A stretch of 64,000 nt of DNA. It comes from a virus (taxonomy: Duplodnaviria > Caudoviricetes). Location of the stretch: IMG/VR virus record IMGVR_UViG_3300035498_000371, positions 64,001-128,000 of that record; one strand, written 5' to 3'. The notes below the pieces were generated by a model. That model was given only the letters and a program-made list of their open reading frames with translations, was not told the origin of the DNA and made no database searches. The position numbers were made by a program, and so were the translations under genes. Positions 1 to 10,414 of the stretch are shown here, piece by piece; the stretch's first letter is position 1; each line of letters starts with the position of its first letter.

Positions 1-73
1 GTACCATTAGCTCAGTTGGTAGAGCACATGACTTTTAATCATGGTGTCGAGGGTTCAACTCCCTCATGGTACA
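1..73 (+). tRNA. tRNA-Lys (anticodon UUU), CCA not encoded
   Basis: Full cloverleaf: GTACCAT/ATGGTAC acceptor stem, GCTC/GAGC D-stem, CATGA-CTTTTAA-TCATG anticodon arm, GAGGG-TTCAACT-CCCTC T-arm. Confidence 0.95.
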
Positions 74-110
74 TTAAGACTACTATTTTTGTTGCCGTAT
101 TTCAAATCCA

Positions 111-134
111 GCCCAGTGGTTAATTCCACTGGGC
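111..134 (+). terminator. Intrinsic terminator-like hairpin after tRNA
   Basis: GCCCAGTGG-ttaatt-CCACTGGGC stem followed by a T-rich stretch. Confidence 0.6.
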
Positions 135-172
135 GCTCCTTTCGGTTTCATTTTGGGAATTATTGAGCCCGA

Positions 173-212
173 AACAATTTAATATATAAAAGATTTTCCA
201 TTATATATTATA
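173..212 (+). promoter_or_regulatory. Tandem late-type (AACA-N6-TA, 173-184) and early-type (TATATTATA, 204-212) promoter motifs upstream of RNAP beta'-C
   Basis: Both motifs recur upstream of many genes in this window. Confidence 0.55.
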
Positions 213-256
213 AAGGAGAATAGTAAAGGCAAATAAGTATAAAGGAGACGATTACT

Positions 257-2440
257 ATGGCAGAAGAACTTACAATCGTAACGGAACCGTTACAAAATTT
301 TAAGAATTATTTTGTCTATGCAGATAATGTAAAGACAGGTAAACAAATCACAGTTAATGTCCCAACGGATATAACTGCTACTAATGTGGATGACCACATT
401 ATTGCTATCTCTAATATATTGAAAGATGGTATTGAAACTCCATATGTACACGATACGAAGATTACAATCTCATGGGGAGGAGATCTTTGGTGTGAATTAT
501 CGTTTATCGATTATTGGTTTTCTTTATTTATGTGGAGTATGGTATTAAAAACAGGGGGAGAAATTAGACCTAAGCATATCTTCTGGGGTACTGAATTGAA
601 GAGGAAGAATATTAAGACATTCATTGATAGATTCGTACTGACGATTGAGAATAAAATCAATATTGGTAATTATGAACTCAATAATATCATTGCTGATGGT
701 ACATGGAATTTCTCTAATATAGAACCATTCTCATTTTATCTGGCAAATACTATTAATAATGAGGATGATATTGAGTTAATGAAGAAATGCCCAGAGTATT
801 ATGATTATCTTCATATGTCTTTCGCCAACGTTCCATTTAGTGATGTAAAAGATATTGGCCAGGAGATAACCAATAAGACTATAGATATTATTAAGGATTC
901 TAAGAAATATCTTGGGTATGAGCATGGATTAACGAATTCATTCAGAGCATCTGAAGCTATCAACCCAAGACAGTATAAGGAGTCAAGAATCAATATTGGT
1001 ACCAAGTCTATTTATGATAAAGTATTTCCATACGTTATTGATCAGTCGTTTAGTAATGGTGGTGTAAATAGACCATTGTATTATTATATTGAATCTAGCA
1101 CGGCAAGAACAGCGCAGATCATGTCAAAGACAAATGTCGGAGATTCTGGTGATTTTGCTAGATTGCTTGGATTGAATAATACAGATACAATTCTTAATCC
1201 TGTAGCAGCATACAAGTGCATGTCTCGCCATTTTGTTAAATATGAGATTAAGAGCCCTAAGCATTTAAGTATGATTAAGAATCGTTATTATAGATTCAAT
1301 ATCTTAGGAATGGAATATCTTATCAATGATAAAGACGATTCATTAATCGGCAAGACAGTATATCTTAGATCTCCAATGACATGCGCTAGCTTATCAAGCG
1401 GTCATGGAATCTGTAGTCGTTGCTATGGAGATCTTTATTATACCAATAAAGATATTAACGTTGGTAAGATTGCTGCAGAAATTCTTTCATCAATCTTAAC
1501 TCAGACTCTTCTTTCTGCAAAACATCTTTTGGAAACAAAGATTATTAAGACTAAGTGGAATAAAGAGTTTGAAGAGCTTTTTGATATAGACATAAACTGT
1601 ATCTCTCTTATACAGGATATTGAGGATACGATTCCAGACTTGAGGAAGTATACACTTGTTATTGATCCAGATAATGTAAATCTGGTAAATGATGAAGAAG
1701 ATACGGTTAAGTATGATGATGACGGAAATATGATTCAGGAAGATTCTATCATGTATAACGAGTACATCACATATTTCTATATCAAATCTCCAAATGGAGT
1801 AATAACGAAGTTTGGTTCGGAGCAGGATGAGCCACTTTATATCTCCAAAGATCTTAATAGTATTATTAGGAAGCGTGGAAATGCAACTAATGATGATGCT
1901 AAGGTTAATATCCCAATGAATCTGCTAGTTGATTCTCAATTGTTCTATATTAAAATCAATAATAATGAGATCTCTAAGACTATGAATGATATTATCAACG
2001 TCATCAATAAGTCTGAGGTTACTGGTAATATGACTAAAGATGAAGCTCTTCAGTCTATTGTCGATCTTGTTATCGAAGGTGGTTTGGATATAGATTCGGT
2101 TCATCTTGAAGTAATCTTAGCTAACCAGATAGTTGACGCTAAAGATATCTTAAAGAAACCTAACTGGAACGATCCTGCAACACAGTACAAGATGTTTACG
2201 CTTAATCAGGCGTTAACGAATAATCCATCTGTAATTATATCATTGCTGTATAAAGATCTTAATAAGACTTTGTACAACCCTCTTACGTTTACTAAGAATG
2301 CGCCTAGCTTTTTCGATCTGTTCTTCTCAGAGCAGCCTCAGGTTTATATGTCTGATGAGATATTAGTAGATGCAGAAGATATAAATATTAGAGACCGTAG
2401 CAAGACTATAGAGATGGTTAAGATAGTCGATAAGAAATAA
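257..2440 (+). CDS. Phage multisubunit RNA polymerase beta' subunit, C-terminal half (probably non-virion RNAP)
   Basis: Bridge-helix-like SKTNVGDSGDFARLL; Zn site RSPMTC...GICSRCYG; trigger-loop-like VGKIAAEILSSILTQTLLSAKH; followed by SF2 helicase as in phiKZ gp74-gp75; early-type promoter. Confidence 0.9.
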   Translation: MAEELTIVTEPLQNFKNYFVYADNVKTGKQITVNVPTDITATNVDDHIIAISNILKDGIETPYVHDTKITISWGGDLWCELSFIDYWFSLFMWSMVLKTGGEIRPKHIFWGTELKRKNIKTFIDRFVLTIENKINIGNYELNNIIADGTWNFSNIEPFSFYLANTINNEDDIELMKKCPEYYDYLHMSFANVPFSDVKDIGQEITNKTIDIIKDSKKYLGYEHGLTNSFRASEAINPRQYKESRINIGTKSIYDKVFPYVIDQSFSNGGVNRPLYYYIESSTARTAQIMSKTNVGDSGDFARLLGLNNTDTILNPVAAYKCMSRHFVKYEIKSPKHLSMIKNRYYRFNILGMEYLINDKDDSLIGKTVYLRSPMTCASLSSGHGICSRCYGDLYYTNKDINVGKIAAEILSSILTQTLLSAKHLLETKIIKTKWNKEFEELFDIDINCISLIQDIEDTIPDLRKYTLVIDPDNVNLVNDEEDTVKYDDDGNMIQEDSIMYNEYITYFYIKSPNGVITKFGSEQDEPLYISKDLNSIIRKRGNATNDDAKVNIPMNLLVDSQLFYIKINNNEISKTMNDIINVINKSEVTGNMTKDEALQSIVDLVIEGGLDIDSVHLEVILANQIVDAKDILKKPNWNDPATQYKMFTLNQALTNNPSVIISLLYKDLNKTLYNPLTFTKNAPSFFDLFFSEQPQVYMSDEILVDAEDINIRDRSKTIEMVKIVDKK

Positions 2441-2538
2441 TACCAATAAGTATCGAGGTAGGGTTGTTCCCTACCTCGTTATTTTTTATTGAATTGCGAA
2501 CTTTATAGTAATGCTATAATTTAGAGAGGTGAAGTATA

Positions 2539-4065
2539 ATGCAAAATAAAGTTGTATTAAAGCATTCTAGGATAGAAATAAATAATTACGTTTTAGGAGA
2601 TGCTCCTAGGCTGGAATATCTTTTCTCTATGAATGATCCTATAAGACACGCTAGATATTATAAAGGCATAGAATATGATGAAGCTAATAAGAAGCTTATA
2701 TTACCAAGAGGATTTGATATTAGTTATCTTGAGAGTATATTCGGTATGTCGGCTATAGTCGATAAGAATCCAGATCCCTATGTAAATACAGAACAGATTC
2801 CCATCAAATATTTAACCAGAGATGAGCGCCAGTTAGAAATATTGAAGTTTATTATAGGCGTTGATAATTATGCTTATACAGCAACCAAATCACAATTATC
2901 AGTAAACTCTGCTACAGGTTCTGGTAAGACATTCGTTACTGTAGCATCAATATGTTTTACTGGAGCTAGAGCTATTCTTATAACTAATTCATTGGACTGG
3001 TTAAATCAATGGAAGTATAAGATATTTGAGTATACCCCATTACAGGAGAAAGATATCTATACTATCAGTAGTAAATCTGTTGGCTCTATAAATAAGCTTT
3101 TATATGATGATCCATTAAAGTACCAGATATTTCTTATATCTCATTCTTCTATTAAATCATATGGAGATAGATATGGTTGGGATAAAGTTGAAGAGTTCTT
3201 TAAGCATTTAAGATGCTCTTTAAAGATATTCGATGAGGCTCATTTATATTTTGATAATATGATGAAGATAGATTATCATTCCAATACGAGAAAGACTTTG
3301 TATTTAACAGCAACGCCAGCAAGATCAGATAGAAATGAGAACGATATTTATCAACTTTACTTTAAGAATATCCCTTCAATATCTTTATTTGATGAGAATA
3401 AAGACCCTCATGTAAATTACTTTGCAATTCATTTTAATTCTCATCCATCACCAGCAGATATTGTAAAGTGTAAAAATAGTTATGGGTTTGATAGAAACAA
3501 ATACGTTGGTTATGTAACTTCCAGACCAATGTTTTTAAATCTCGTTACTGTAATAATAGATATGTGTATGAATATAGATGGTAAATGTTTAATTTATATC
3601 GGCACCAACAAGGGTATTATGGACGTTTATAAACACATAATTTCTGTATTTCCATTTCTTGAAGGGTTTGTGGGGGTTTACTCTAGTATCTCTGATAAAG
3701 ATACTAAAGATCTTAATTTGCGTACTAAATTTATCTTATCTACAACTAAATCATGTGGAGCAGCATCAGATATTCCTGATTTAGCCTGTACAATAAATTT
3801 AGCAGAACCATTCAAATCTTCTGTATTGGCTCAGCAAACTCTTGGTCGTTGTAGAAAAGATAATACATTGTATATTGATGTAGTAGATGAAGGTTTCTAT
3901 TTTACTAAGAAGTATTATCAAGCTAAGAAACCTATATTCTCTAGGTATGCTAAGTCTTGTAAAGAGGCTTTTATGTCCGATATTGAACTAGAAGATAGAG
4001 TTGCTAAAGTATTGGAGAAATACCAACAAAAAGAAGTCATGTGTATGAGGGTGTATAAAAAGTAA
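2539..4065 (+). CDS. Superfamily 2 (DEAH) helicase, UvsW/phiKZ gp75-like
   Basis: Motif I SATGSGKT, II DEAH, III TAT, VI QQTLGRCR. Confidence 0.9.
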   Translation: MQNKVVLKHSRIEINNYVLGDAPRLEYLFSMNDPIRHARYYKGIEYDEANKKLILPRGFDISYLESIFGMSAIVDKNPDPYVNTEQIPIKYLTRDERQLEILKFIIGVDNYAYTATKSQLSVNSATGSGKTFVTVASICFTGARAILITNSLDWLNQWKYKIFEYTPLQEKDIYTISSKSVGSINKLLYDDPLKYQIFLISHSSIKSYGDRYGWDKVEEFFKHLRCSLKIFDEAHLYFDNMMKIDYHSNTRKTLYLTATPARSDRNENDIYQLYFKNIPSISLFDENKDPHVNYFAIHFNSHPSPADIVKCKNSYGFDRNKYVGYVTSRPMFLNLVTVIIDMCMNIDGKCLIYIGTNKGIMDVYKHIISVFPFLEGFVGVYSSISDKDTKDLNLRTKFILSTTKSCGAASDIPDLACTINLAEPFKSSVLAQQTLGRCRKDNTLYIDVVDEGFYFTKKYYQAKKPIFSRYAKSCKEAFMSDIELEDRVAKVLEKYQQKEVMCMRVYKK

Positions 4066-4156
4066 AAGTCGCATTTTCAACTGCATAATATATTTGTAAG
4101 TAGTATGCGTAGAAGAACGTATTAAATCAAATTTTATATTATGGAGGTAGAAAATT

Positions 4157-5215
4157 ATGACACTTAACATGACAAAATTGTACAATAACGAAAAGGGATA
4201 TGGATATGATCCCGAACATCCTGTAGAGAGTATGCTTAATAAAGCTGTATCAGCATCTATTAACGTACTGTCTCCAATGGGAGAATTCTATGGAACCGAG
4301 TATGAAGATGACGCCGCATCAATAATGCCGAACCTTTACAACAAGGATGGCTCTATTGATTATGGTATCGCTGCAGATCTTGTTGCGCTTGCGCAGGTTG
4401 CAAATTATTCGGAGTATATGTCTTTCGCATTGTTGTACAAGGCTTTAAAGCCAAGTGACAGAAGAAGGTTCGAGGAGATCGGTAAGAAGGTAATTACTGA
4501 TAACAAGGCCAAGGAAGATGGTGAGTCTGATAAGAAAGCTGAGAAGGTTAAGACTGAGGAAAAGAAGGAATCTGCAAAGCAGGAAACTGTAGCAGCTCCT
4601 GAACAGGAAAAGAAGCCGCAGGAAAACAAGAAGTCTCAGAATAAGCCTGTAGTTCAGCAGCAGCCAGCACAGGCAGCTAATCAGGTCGGATTCAATATCA
4701 ACAATTTCTTGAATCATAATCAGAACAATCAGCAGCCTAACCAGCAGGTGCCAATCAAGCCGTTTGTTCCACCAGTAATTGGACAGCCTCAGGCACAGAT
4801 GCAGCAGCAGGCTGTAGTTCAGCCACAGCAGAATCAGCTGCCTGTACAGTATGATCCTAGACCTGATTTAAATGCTCAGCAGAAAGTTGAACAGCTCAAG
4901 AAGAATTACAAGTTCATCGAGGGCAAGCATAATAGCATCGGCGTAAGTCAGCTTAATGCATTATTGATGTTGCTTAATAACGGAGAGCTTAAGAGCGCAG
5001 TTAAGAAGAACAATGCAAAATGCAGAGCAAACAATATCTTTATGACTGAAGTTGAGATGCCGGACCAGTATAAGAATGACTTCGACTTTGCATTTCATAT
5101 TACAACCAAGGACCCGAAGCATCCGATACTGGTATTATTCAACAGCAACCAGTTTTATGATAGCAAGGGTGGGTGGTTAACGAAACTTAAGATTGAAGTA
5201 GCGCATAACCACTGA
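4157..5215 (+). CDS. Hypothetical early protein with K/E-rich and Q/P/N-rich low-complexity linker
   Basis: GGAGG SD, early-type promoter near 4085, biased codon usage. Confidence 0.8.
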   Translation: MTLNMTKLYNNEKGYGYDPEHPVESMLNKAVSASINVLSPMGEFYGTEYEDDAASIMPNLYNKDGSIDYGIAADLVALAQVANYSEYMSFALLYKALKPSDRRRFEEIGKKVITDNKAKEDGESDKKAEKVKTEEKKESAKQETVAAPEQEKKPQENKKSQNKPVVQQQPAQAANQVGFNINNFLNHNQNNQQPNQQVPIKPFVPPVIGQPQAQMQQQAVVQPQQNQLPVQYDPRPDLNAQQKVEQLKKNYKFIEGKHNSIGVSQLNALLMLLNNGELKSAVKKNNAKCRANNIFMTEVEMPDQYKNDFDFAFHITTKDPKHPILVLFNSNQFYDSKGGWLTKLKIEVAHNH

Positions 5216-5356
5216 CCATTTTTGGCATACTACTACTTTCAAAGGGATGGGCAAGCACCAGGCTTGCCCTATACTCCCCTTGTAATTATTTTTTGTTTTA
5301 TAAGCTGGACAACTTCTATATAAATCCTATAAAAGAAGGTGATTAAAATTAATGAA

Positions 5357-6070
5357 ATGGTAACAATCGTTCATAACGATTATGAAAAAATATCTGATAC
5401 GGTATTTTGGTTATCCAAAGAATGGATAATGAAATTTGTCGTTCAGTTGAATAAATATAGTGAAAAGAATGGAAGAGAAAACTTCTATAAAGAATTTGGA
5501 TACCAGAAGAAAGGCAATTTCTGTGTATCTATAAATAGAGATTTTAATTATTATTTTTTAATAGAATCAGTACAACGAGATTCTAATGGTTTTAAATATA
5601 GTTTAATGATAACTCAGCAAGATATTTATTTTCTTCAGTTTAAATTATCCAAGGCGGTAGAATGGTTTACAGGAGATTCATCTATATTTGCCAAAAAGGG
5701 TGAGGATATAATAATTCCATCTAAAGTTTATACTGAGAGAGTAGATCTTATAACTAATACATATATTGAGTTAGAACCATCAGTTATAAGATTTGATAAT
5801 GGAAATCAAATAATTGGAGTTAGATTCTATTTAGGAAATGATACTGTTAATTTCTTTATGGATGTGAATAGATTCTTATCATTCAATTATTTTATATCAA
5901 CCTTTAATATGTATTTGGCTGCACAGGGCTTATTATCATATTTAGGAAGACCTCAGAATGGAACAAACCATATCAATATGAGCGCATTAAACTCATCCAA
6001 TCAAAATAGTAATTATAATAGTAATCAGACAAGCAGTTTCTTTGATAGAGTAAATGCAAAGAAGAATTAA
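5357..6070 (+). CDS. Hypothetical protein
   Basis: Long ORF; late-type motif AACT-N6-TA at 5311-5322; ATG at 5357 preferred over GTG at 5339. Confidence 0.7.
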   Translation: MVTIVHNDYEKISDTVFWLSKEWIMKFVVQLNKYSEKNGRENFYKEFGYQKKGNFCVSINRDFNYYFLIESVQRDSNGFKYSLMITQQDIYFLQFKLSKAVEWFTGDSSIFAKKGEDIIIPSKVYTERVDLITNTYIELEPSVIRFDNGNQIIGVRFYLGNDTVNFFMDVNRFLSFNYFISTFNMYLAAQGLLSYLGRPQNGTNHINMSALNSSNQNSNYNSNQTSSFFDRVNAKKN

Positions 6071-6081
6071 ATGGAGGAAAT

Positions 6082-6330
6082 ATGAAAGAAATACATTTAT
6101 TTGAATTTGACGATAATATATGTAAGAAGATTGATGAATCTGGATGTTTGGATGAGAAAGAGCTAAGAATTGTAGAGCTGGCATTAAAAATATTTAGTGC
6201 TCATGATATTGCTCTTAATCAATGTCTTGGACTGGAAGATGGTTCTAAAGATGCTAAGTTTGATTTCGGATTCAAATATTCTATAGCGGCGCAACATGAA
6301 AAATATGTAAAAGATAAGCAGGAAGGTTAA
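6082..6330 (+). CDS. Hypothetical protein
   Basis: GGAGG SD; ends in bidirectional hairpin shared with the convergent gene. Confidence 0.7.
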   Translation: MKEIHLFEFDDNICKKIDESGCLDEKELRIVELALKIFSAHDIALNQCLGLEDGSKDAKFDFGFKYSIAAQHEKYVKDKQEG

Positions 6331-6344
6331 TACCTTCCTGCTAT

Positions 6345-7097
6345 TTATACTGTCATAATAAGTATTTGATTTTCATTCGCTGTAGTGGTATGAGCCTCAT
6401 CAAGAGATCTTATGATATCTTCTCTTTTACTAGCCCAGTTCTGTATGGTTTCAAGCTTAAGACTAATAGTCATATAAGTAGTCTCTGTATCATCAAAATG
6501 TTTAAGCTGTTCATACAAGAACGCAGCCACATCTGCAGTGCAGAGATCTTCAAATACATTCATCATTGTAGGAGATATAGTCATAAGATTTATTGGATGC
6601 TCTATAAGAACCCATAAAGGAAATGATCTAAATCTTGTTACCATAGAACCATTGACTGTAACAAGTTTAATCTTATTAGGTGGTATGAAATCAATATAGA
6701 TTCCCATATTGAAAAGAGACATATAATCTGCTGATACTTGTGTAAGAGCGACTTCATCGGCTCCATATGTAGATAAGAAATTGTATCTATCATATCCGTT
6801 ATTACATCTGTAAGCATTCCAGTCTACATCTTCAGCCCCTAAGATAACGCTTCCTGTAGGAAGATCTTTATCAATGAAGAAGTAACCATCCTTTTCACAA
6901 GTATTATCAATTACAGCCATAACTCTATACGGAAAAAATCTACTAAATACAGGAATACTATCATCTTGAATGATAGTAGGCCAATAATCCTTTCCTATAG
7001 AATCAGGAAGATTAAGCATCATTGTTCCTAATCTACGTTCTATTTTGCCAAGTAGTTTAGACATCCTATTTGCGTGAACTACAGAATCTTTATACAT
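6345..7097 (-). CDS. Hypothetical late protein, possibly virion neck/head-completion
   Basis: AGGAGG SD and late motif AACA-CTCTAG-TA on minus strand (7119-7130); function is inference only. Confidence 0.65.
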   Translation of the reverse strand: MYKDSVVHANRMSKLLGKIERRLGTMMLNLPDSIGKDYWPTIIQDDSIPVFSRFFPYRVMAVIDNTCEKDGYFFIDKDLPTGSVILGAEDVDWNAYRCNNGYDRYNFLSTYGADEVALTQVSADYMSLFNMGIYIDFIPPNKIKLVTVNGSMVTRFRSFPLWVLIEHPINLMTISPTMMNVFEDLCTADVAAFLYEQLKHFDDTETTYMTISLKLETIQNWASKREDIIRSLDEAHTTTANENQILIMTV

Positions 7098-7187
7098 AGA
7101 GAAGCACCTCCTTATTTTTACTAGAGTGTTGAATCTTGATAATATCGCATTTGATTATATATTATAATTTTGGAGGTGATAAGGAAA

Positions 7188-7955
7188 ATGATTCAATATG
7201 TAAATATACCAAAAACAGAATCATTTATTTATAAAGTCTTCCAATATTATAATGGAAGAATTAATACTTGCAACTTGGCAAGATTAGAAATAAATTGGGT
7301 TGGATTATATGATAGAGCTGAAGCAGGGTTATCTAGAAATCCTAATTTAGTTATTATTAACCCGCATGTTGTAGCGAGATATACAGACGATGAGTTTACG
7401 TTCTATTTTGTAATATTAGAAACGATAATTCACGAATTATATCATCAGGATCAGATGATCGATTATATAAAAATGGCATCAGATCCAAATTATGTAATTT
7501 TGATAGAATCTGCTGTAGAGATTCAGACCAATATTTATATAGCAAATCATATAAATGAAATTCTATATAATTTTGGTATTGATGCTAGCAGATATGGATT
7601 GGAAATATACAGAGAAAATATTTCCTTATTTGAGTATGGGTACCACTATAAGCGTAGAACGTGGTTTGATCATATACTCATAGCATTACGGGAGGTGATT
7701 TATTATTTTGATACATTTACCGACGTATCAGAAGATCTTAAAAAAATATTGGATACTGGAGTCGGTGATTTTAAAATATCCATAAATGGAATCTTCATGG
7801 ATATTTGTAAAAATGGAGTATGGGTAAACATTCAAACTCTGAATGATTTCCTATATGAAACATTCTTTAGCCATACAGTAAGAACAATCGCCGTTACATA
7901 CGGAAGAGATGGATGGTTAGAGATAAATGCGGAACTGAAAAATAAAATGTGCTAG
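7188..7955 (+). CDS. HExxH (zincin-like) protein, paralog 1
   Basis: IIHELYHQDQ plus downstream E; YYNGRINT motif shared with next gene. Confidence 0.7.
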   Translation: MIQYVNIPKTESFIYKVFQYYNGRINTCNLARLEINWVGLYDRAEAGLSRNPNLVIINPHVVARYTDDEFTFYFVILETIIHELYHQDQMIDYIKMASDPNYVILIESAVEIQTNIYIANHINEILYNFGIDASRYGLEIYRENISLFEYGYHYKRRTWFDHILIALREVIYYFDTFTDVSEDLKKILDTGVGDFKISINGIFMDICKNGVWVNIQTLNDFLYETFFSHTVRTIAVTYGRDGWLEINAELKNKMC

Positions 7956-7972
7956 ATTGGAGGAATTATGAT

Positions 7973-8827
7973 ATGATTCAACTTGATAGACTTGAAGTTG
8001 AAAATTTTATAAATAAAGTATTTTTCTATTATAATGGTAGAATAAATACGTTCAATTACAATTGCAGATTATCTATAAATTGGATACAATTTCCATTATT
8101 ACATCAAGACGCAGATTTTATGCAGCCAAATCATGTAATAATATATCCAATTGTTATAGATAGATGGGCTTGCGTTAATTGTCATAAGGCAGAAATGTCT
8201 CAAGACAGATATATGGATTGGGAAACAGTCTTCAAATTTTATATTGTAGAGAGTGTGATCCATGAATTGTATCATGCAGACCAAGTGCTAATTTATGGCA
8301 GGTATAATAAAGAAACTTCAGAAATCCCTGTCGAGAGAGAAACTGCTTTATATATGGCTAATCATAAGAATGAAATATGCAAACTATTCAATATTGGAGC
8401 AGATTTTGATAAACTGATGGAGATAAATATGAATAAATTAATACCAGTTTATTATCCGTATCGTCGTAGAGATATAGCTTCACACGCAGCGACTATAATG
8501 GGAGATATATTATACGGGTATGATATATTTGTAGATGAAATGATAAGAGCATTGAATTTTTGTACAGATACAAATGCTGGAACTATTGTACTACGGATAG
8601 ATGGTATTGAATTTATTATAACACACGACGGATTATGGTATGATATTAACGATCTAAATAATTTTGTTAATGATAAATTCTACTGCAAGGGAAGAAGCGG
8701 AATTGTAAAATTTCGCAAAATCAAATTCGAAGATAAATGGGTGCTAGAAATTCATGAGTTAGAATTAAGAGATGAAATGTGCACCCTTGTAGATTATAGC
8801 CAAGATGATTATGATTATAATAATTAA
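7973..8827 (+). CDS. HExxH (zincin-like) protein, paralog 2
   Basis: VIHELYHADQ; colinear similarity to 7188..7955. Confidence 0.7.
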   Translation: MIQLDRLEVENFINKVFFYYNGRINTFNYNCRLSINWIQFPLLHQDADFMQPNHVIIYPIVIDRWACVNCHKAEMSQDRYMDWETVFKFYIVESVIHELYHADQVLIYGRYNKETSEIPVERETALYMANHKNEICKLFNIGADFDKLMEINMNKLIPVYYPYRRRDIASHAATIMGDILYGYDIFVDEMIRALNFCTDTNAGTIVLRIDGIEFIITHDGLWYDINDLNNFVNDKFYCKGRSGIVKFRKIKFEDKWVLEIHELELRDEMCTLVDYSQDDYDYNN

Positions 8828-8838
8828 GGAGGTTGAAC

Positions 8839-9057
8839 ATGAATACTGAAGTAAAAGAAGTTTTAGATAGAATAATCAATACTAAAATTGATTTAAAATG
8901 TACTGATGGACCTATAGAATTGAAGGTAGATATTCCAGAGGCTAGAAAGCAGATGTGTACAATCGTTAAGAGCAAGAAACAGAAGTTTAACGACACTGTT
9001 GATGCTATAGCGTATGGTATAAAGGCATTATACAATAATATTAAGGAGGACGAGTAG
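8839..9057 (+). CDS. Hypothetical protein
   Basis: AAGGAGG SD. Confidence 0.65.
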   Translation: MNTEVKEVLDRIINTKIDLKCTDGPIELKVDIPEARKQMCTIVKSKKQKFNDTVDAIAYGIKALYNNIKEDE

Positions 9058-9411
9058 ATGTTATTACCTATTATCCCTGGACAGTACGATCCAGTAGTCG
9101 AGACAGTAAAGTGGCTTATTTCCCACGATGAGGATGGCACTCCTAGGTTTGATTATAAGTTTGGCGATGTTGGTGAGGGCCTTCATAAAGAAGATTGTAA
9201 AACCTTATCGCAGTTTAGAGAGGATAATGGATTATCAAAAGCTCCTATAATAGATAGAGAACTTTTGAATCTGCTTGGTATTGCTGAATACAATGATTCA
9301 TATGATGATATTGAATATGAGGATTATGAGCCATTTGTTCTTGGCACACCATGGCAGTTAATACTCTCTATAATAATACTTATATTTGCAGTAATTCTAT
9401 TTGTATTCTAA
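9058..9411 (+). CDS. Hypothetical protein with C-terminal transmembrane anchor
   Basis: SD AAGGAGG; C-terminal LILSIIILIFAVILFVF. Confidence 0.7.
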   Translation: MLLPIIPGQYDPVVETVKWLISHDEDGTPRFDYKFGDVGEGLHKEDCKTLSQFREDNGLSKAPIIDRELLNLLGIAEYNDSYDDIEYEDYEPFVLGTPWQLILSIIILIFAVILFVF

Positions 9412-9478
9412 TTTCAAACACAATATTTAGCCAGTAGGGAAATCCCTACTGGCATTTCTTGTGTTTACTTTATTTTTT

Positions 9479-10309
9479 TTACATTTTGAATGCATAATCC
9501 ATAATGATATTATTTACATGCTTCTCAAGATTTACTGTAATCTTATCGCCGTATCTTGAAGTCATAAGAAGAGTGTTCTCGTTAAGCAATGTAACAGAAT
9601 CATAGATACCATCAAAAGTTTCTACAATCTTAGTTACATTTGCAGATTCTCTCTGAAGCCTATTAATTACATCCATAGCTGCGCCTTCAGTAATCTTGAT
9701 GATAGTACCAGGATCATTTTCAGGAACAACGATGCTATTCTCTGATAATACTTTGCCATCAAGAGCAGCCTCAGATACAATCCTATCTGTGTATGCAACT
9801 TTATGTGAAGGATAAATAACACTATCCCATGTAATAATCTTAATACCCTTAACATAAGCTTTACCGTTTACATTTTCGATAGTACCAAGAGCTCTTAATG
9901 AGAATGCAGGTAAGCAACCTTCTCTAAGATCCTGATCGAAGTACTCTCCATAGTTATTATTCGTTCCCTTAAACTGAGCTTTAACCAGATTACCCTCTGT
10001 CCATACTTTTAAGAATCTAACGCATACTAATTTAGGATCTATCGTTTGCTGACGAACCAAATCATCAGATAACGGATGTCCGTACTCGCCACAGAACTGT
10101 TTAGCGTTTATAAGCTCTTTCATTCTATCGCCATTAATCTCTGGTTCAAGATCTGCTTTAGCATAAATACGTCTGTTTCTGTTTTCTTTATCCATATCCT
10201 GAAGCGTTCCTTCAGCTATAACACGTTTAGTGGAACCATCTGTAATTATGGTATCCTCAACGGTTGTAGCGCCTTCAAGAATGATGTTTCCAATCACCTT
10301 ATTAGACAT
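9479..10309 (-). CDS. Prohead core protein protease (T4 gp21/phiKZ gp175-like)
   Basis: NRNRRIY, GEYGHP (catalytic His), FSLRALG (catalytic Ser), ITWDSVIYPS; start moved to ATG 10309 behind AAGGAGG SD. Confidence 0.9.
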   Translation of the reverse strand: MSNKVIGNIILEGATTVEDTIITDGSTKRVIAEGTLQDMDKENRNRRIYAKADLEPEINGDRMKELINAKQFCGEYGHPLSDDLVRQQTIDPKLVCVRFLKVWTEGNLVKAQFKGTNNNYGEYFDQDLREGCLPAFSLRALGTIENVNGKAYVKGIKIITWDSVIYPSHKVAYTDRIVSEAALDGKVLSENSIVVPENDPGTIIKITEGAAMDVINRLQRESANVTKIVETFDGIYDSVTLLNENTLLMTSRYGDKITVNLEKHVNNIIMDYAFKM

Positions 10310-10338
10310 ATTCTCAACCTCCTTAAAATAAAATTTCT

Positions 10339-10387
10339 TACTCTTATGTTTCCCAGAGTATAGCCCAAATCTGTTAACTTTATAGTA
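10339..10387. promoter_or_regulatory. Back-to-back divergent late-type promoters (protease on minus, head operon on plus)
   Basis: Minus AACA-TAAGAG-TA (10339-10350); plus AACT-TTATAG-TA (10376-10387). Confidence 0.65.
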
Positions 10388-10414
10388 ATAATTTAATAAA
10401 GGAGGCTTAGAATC

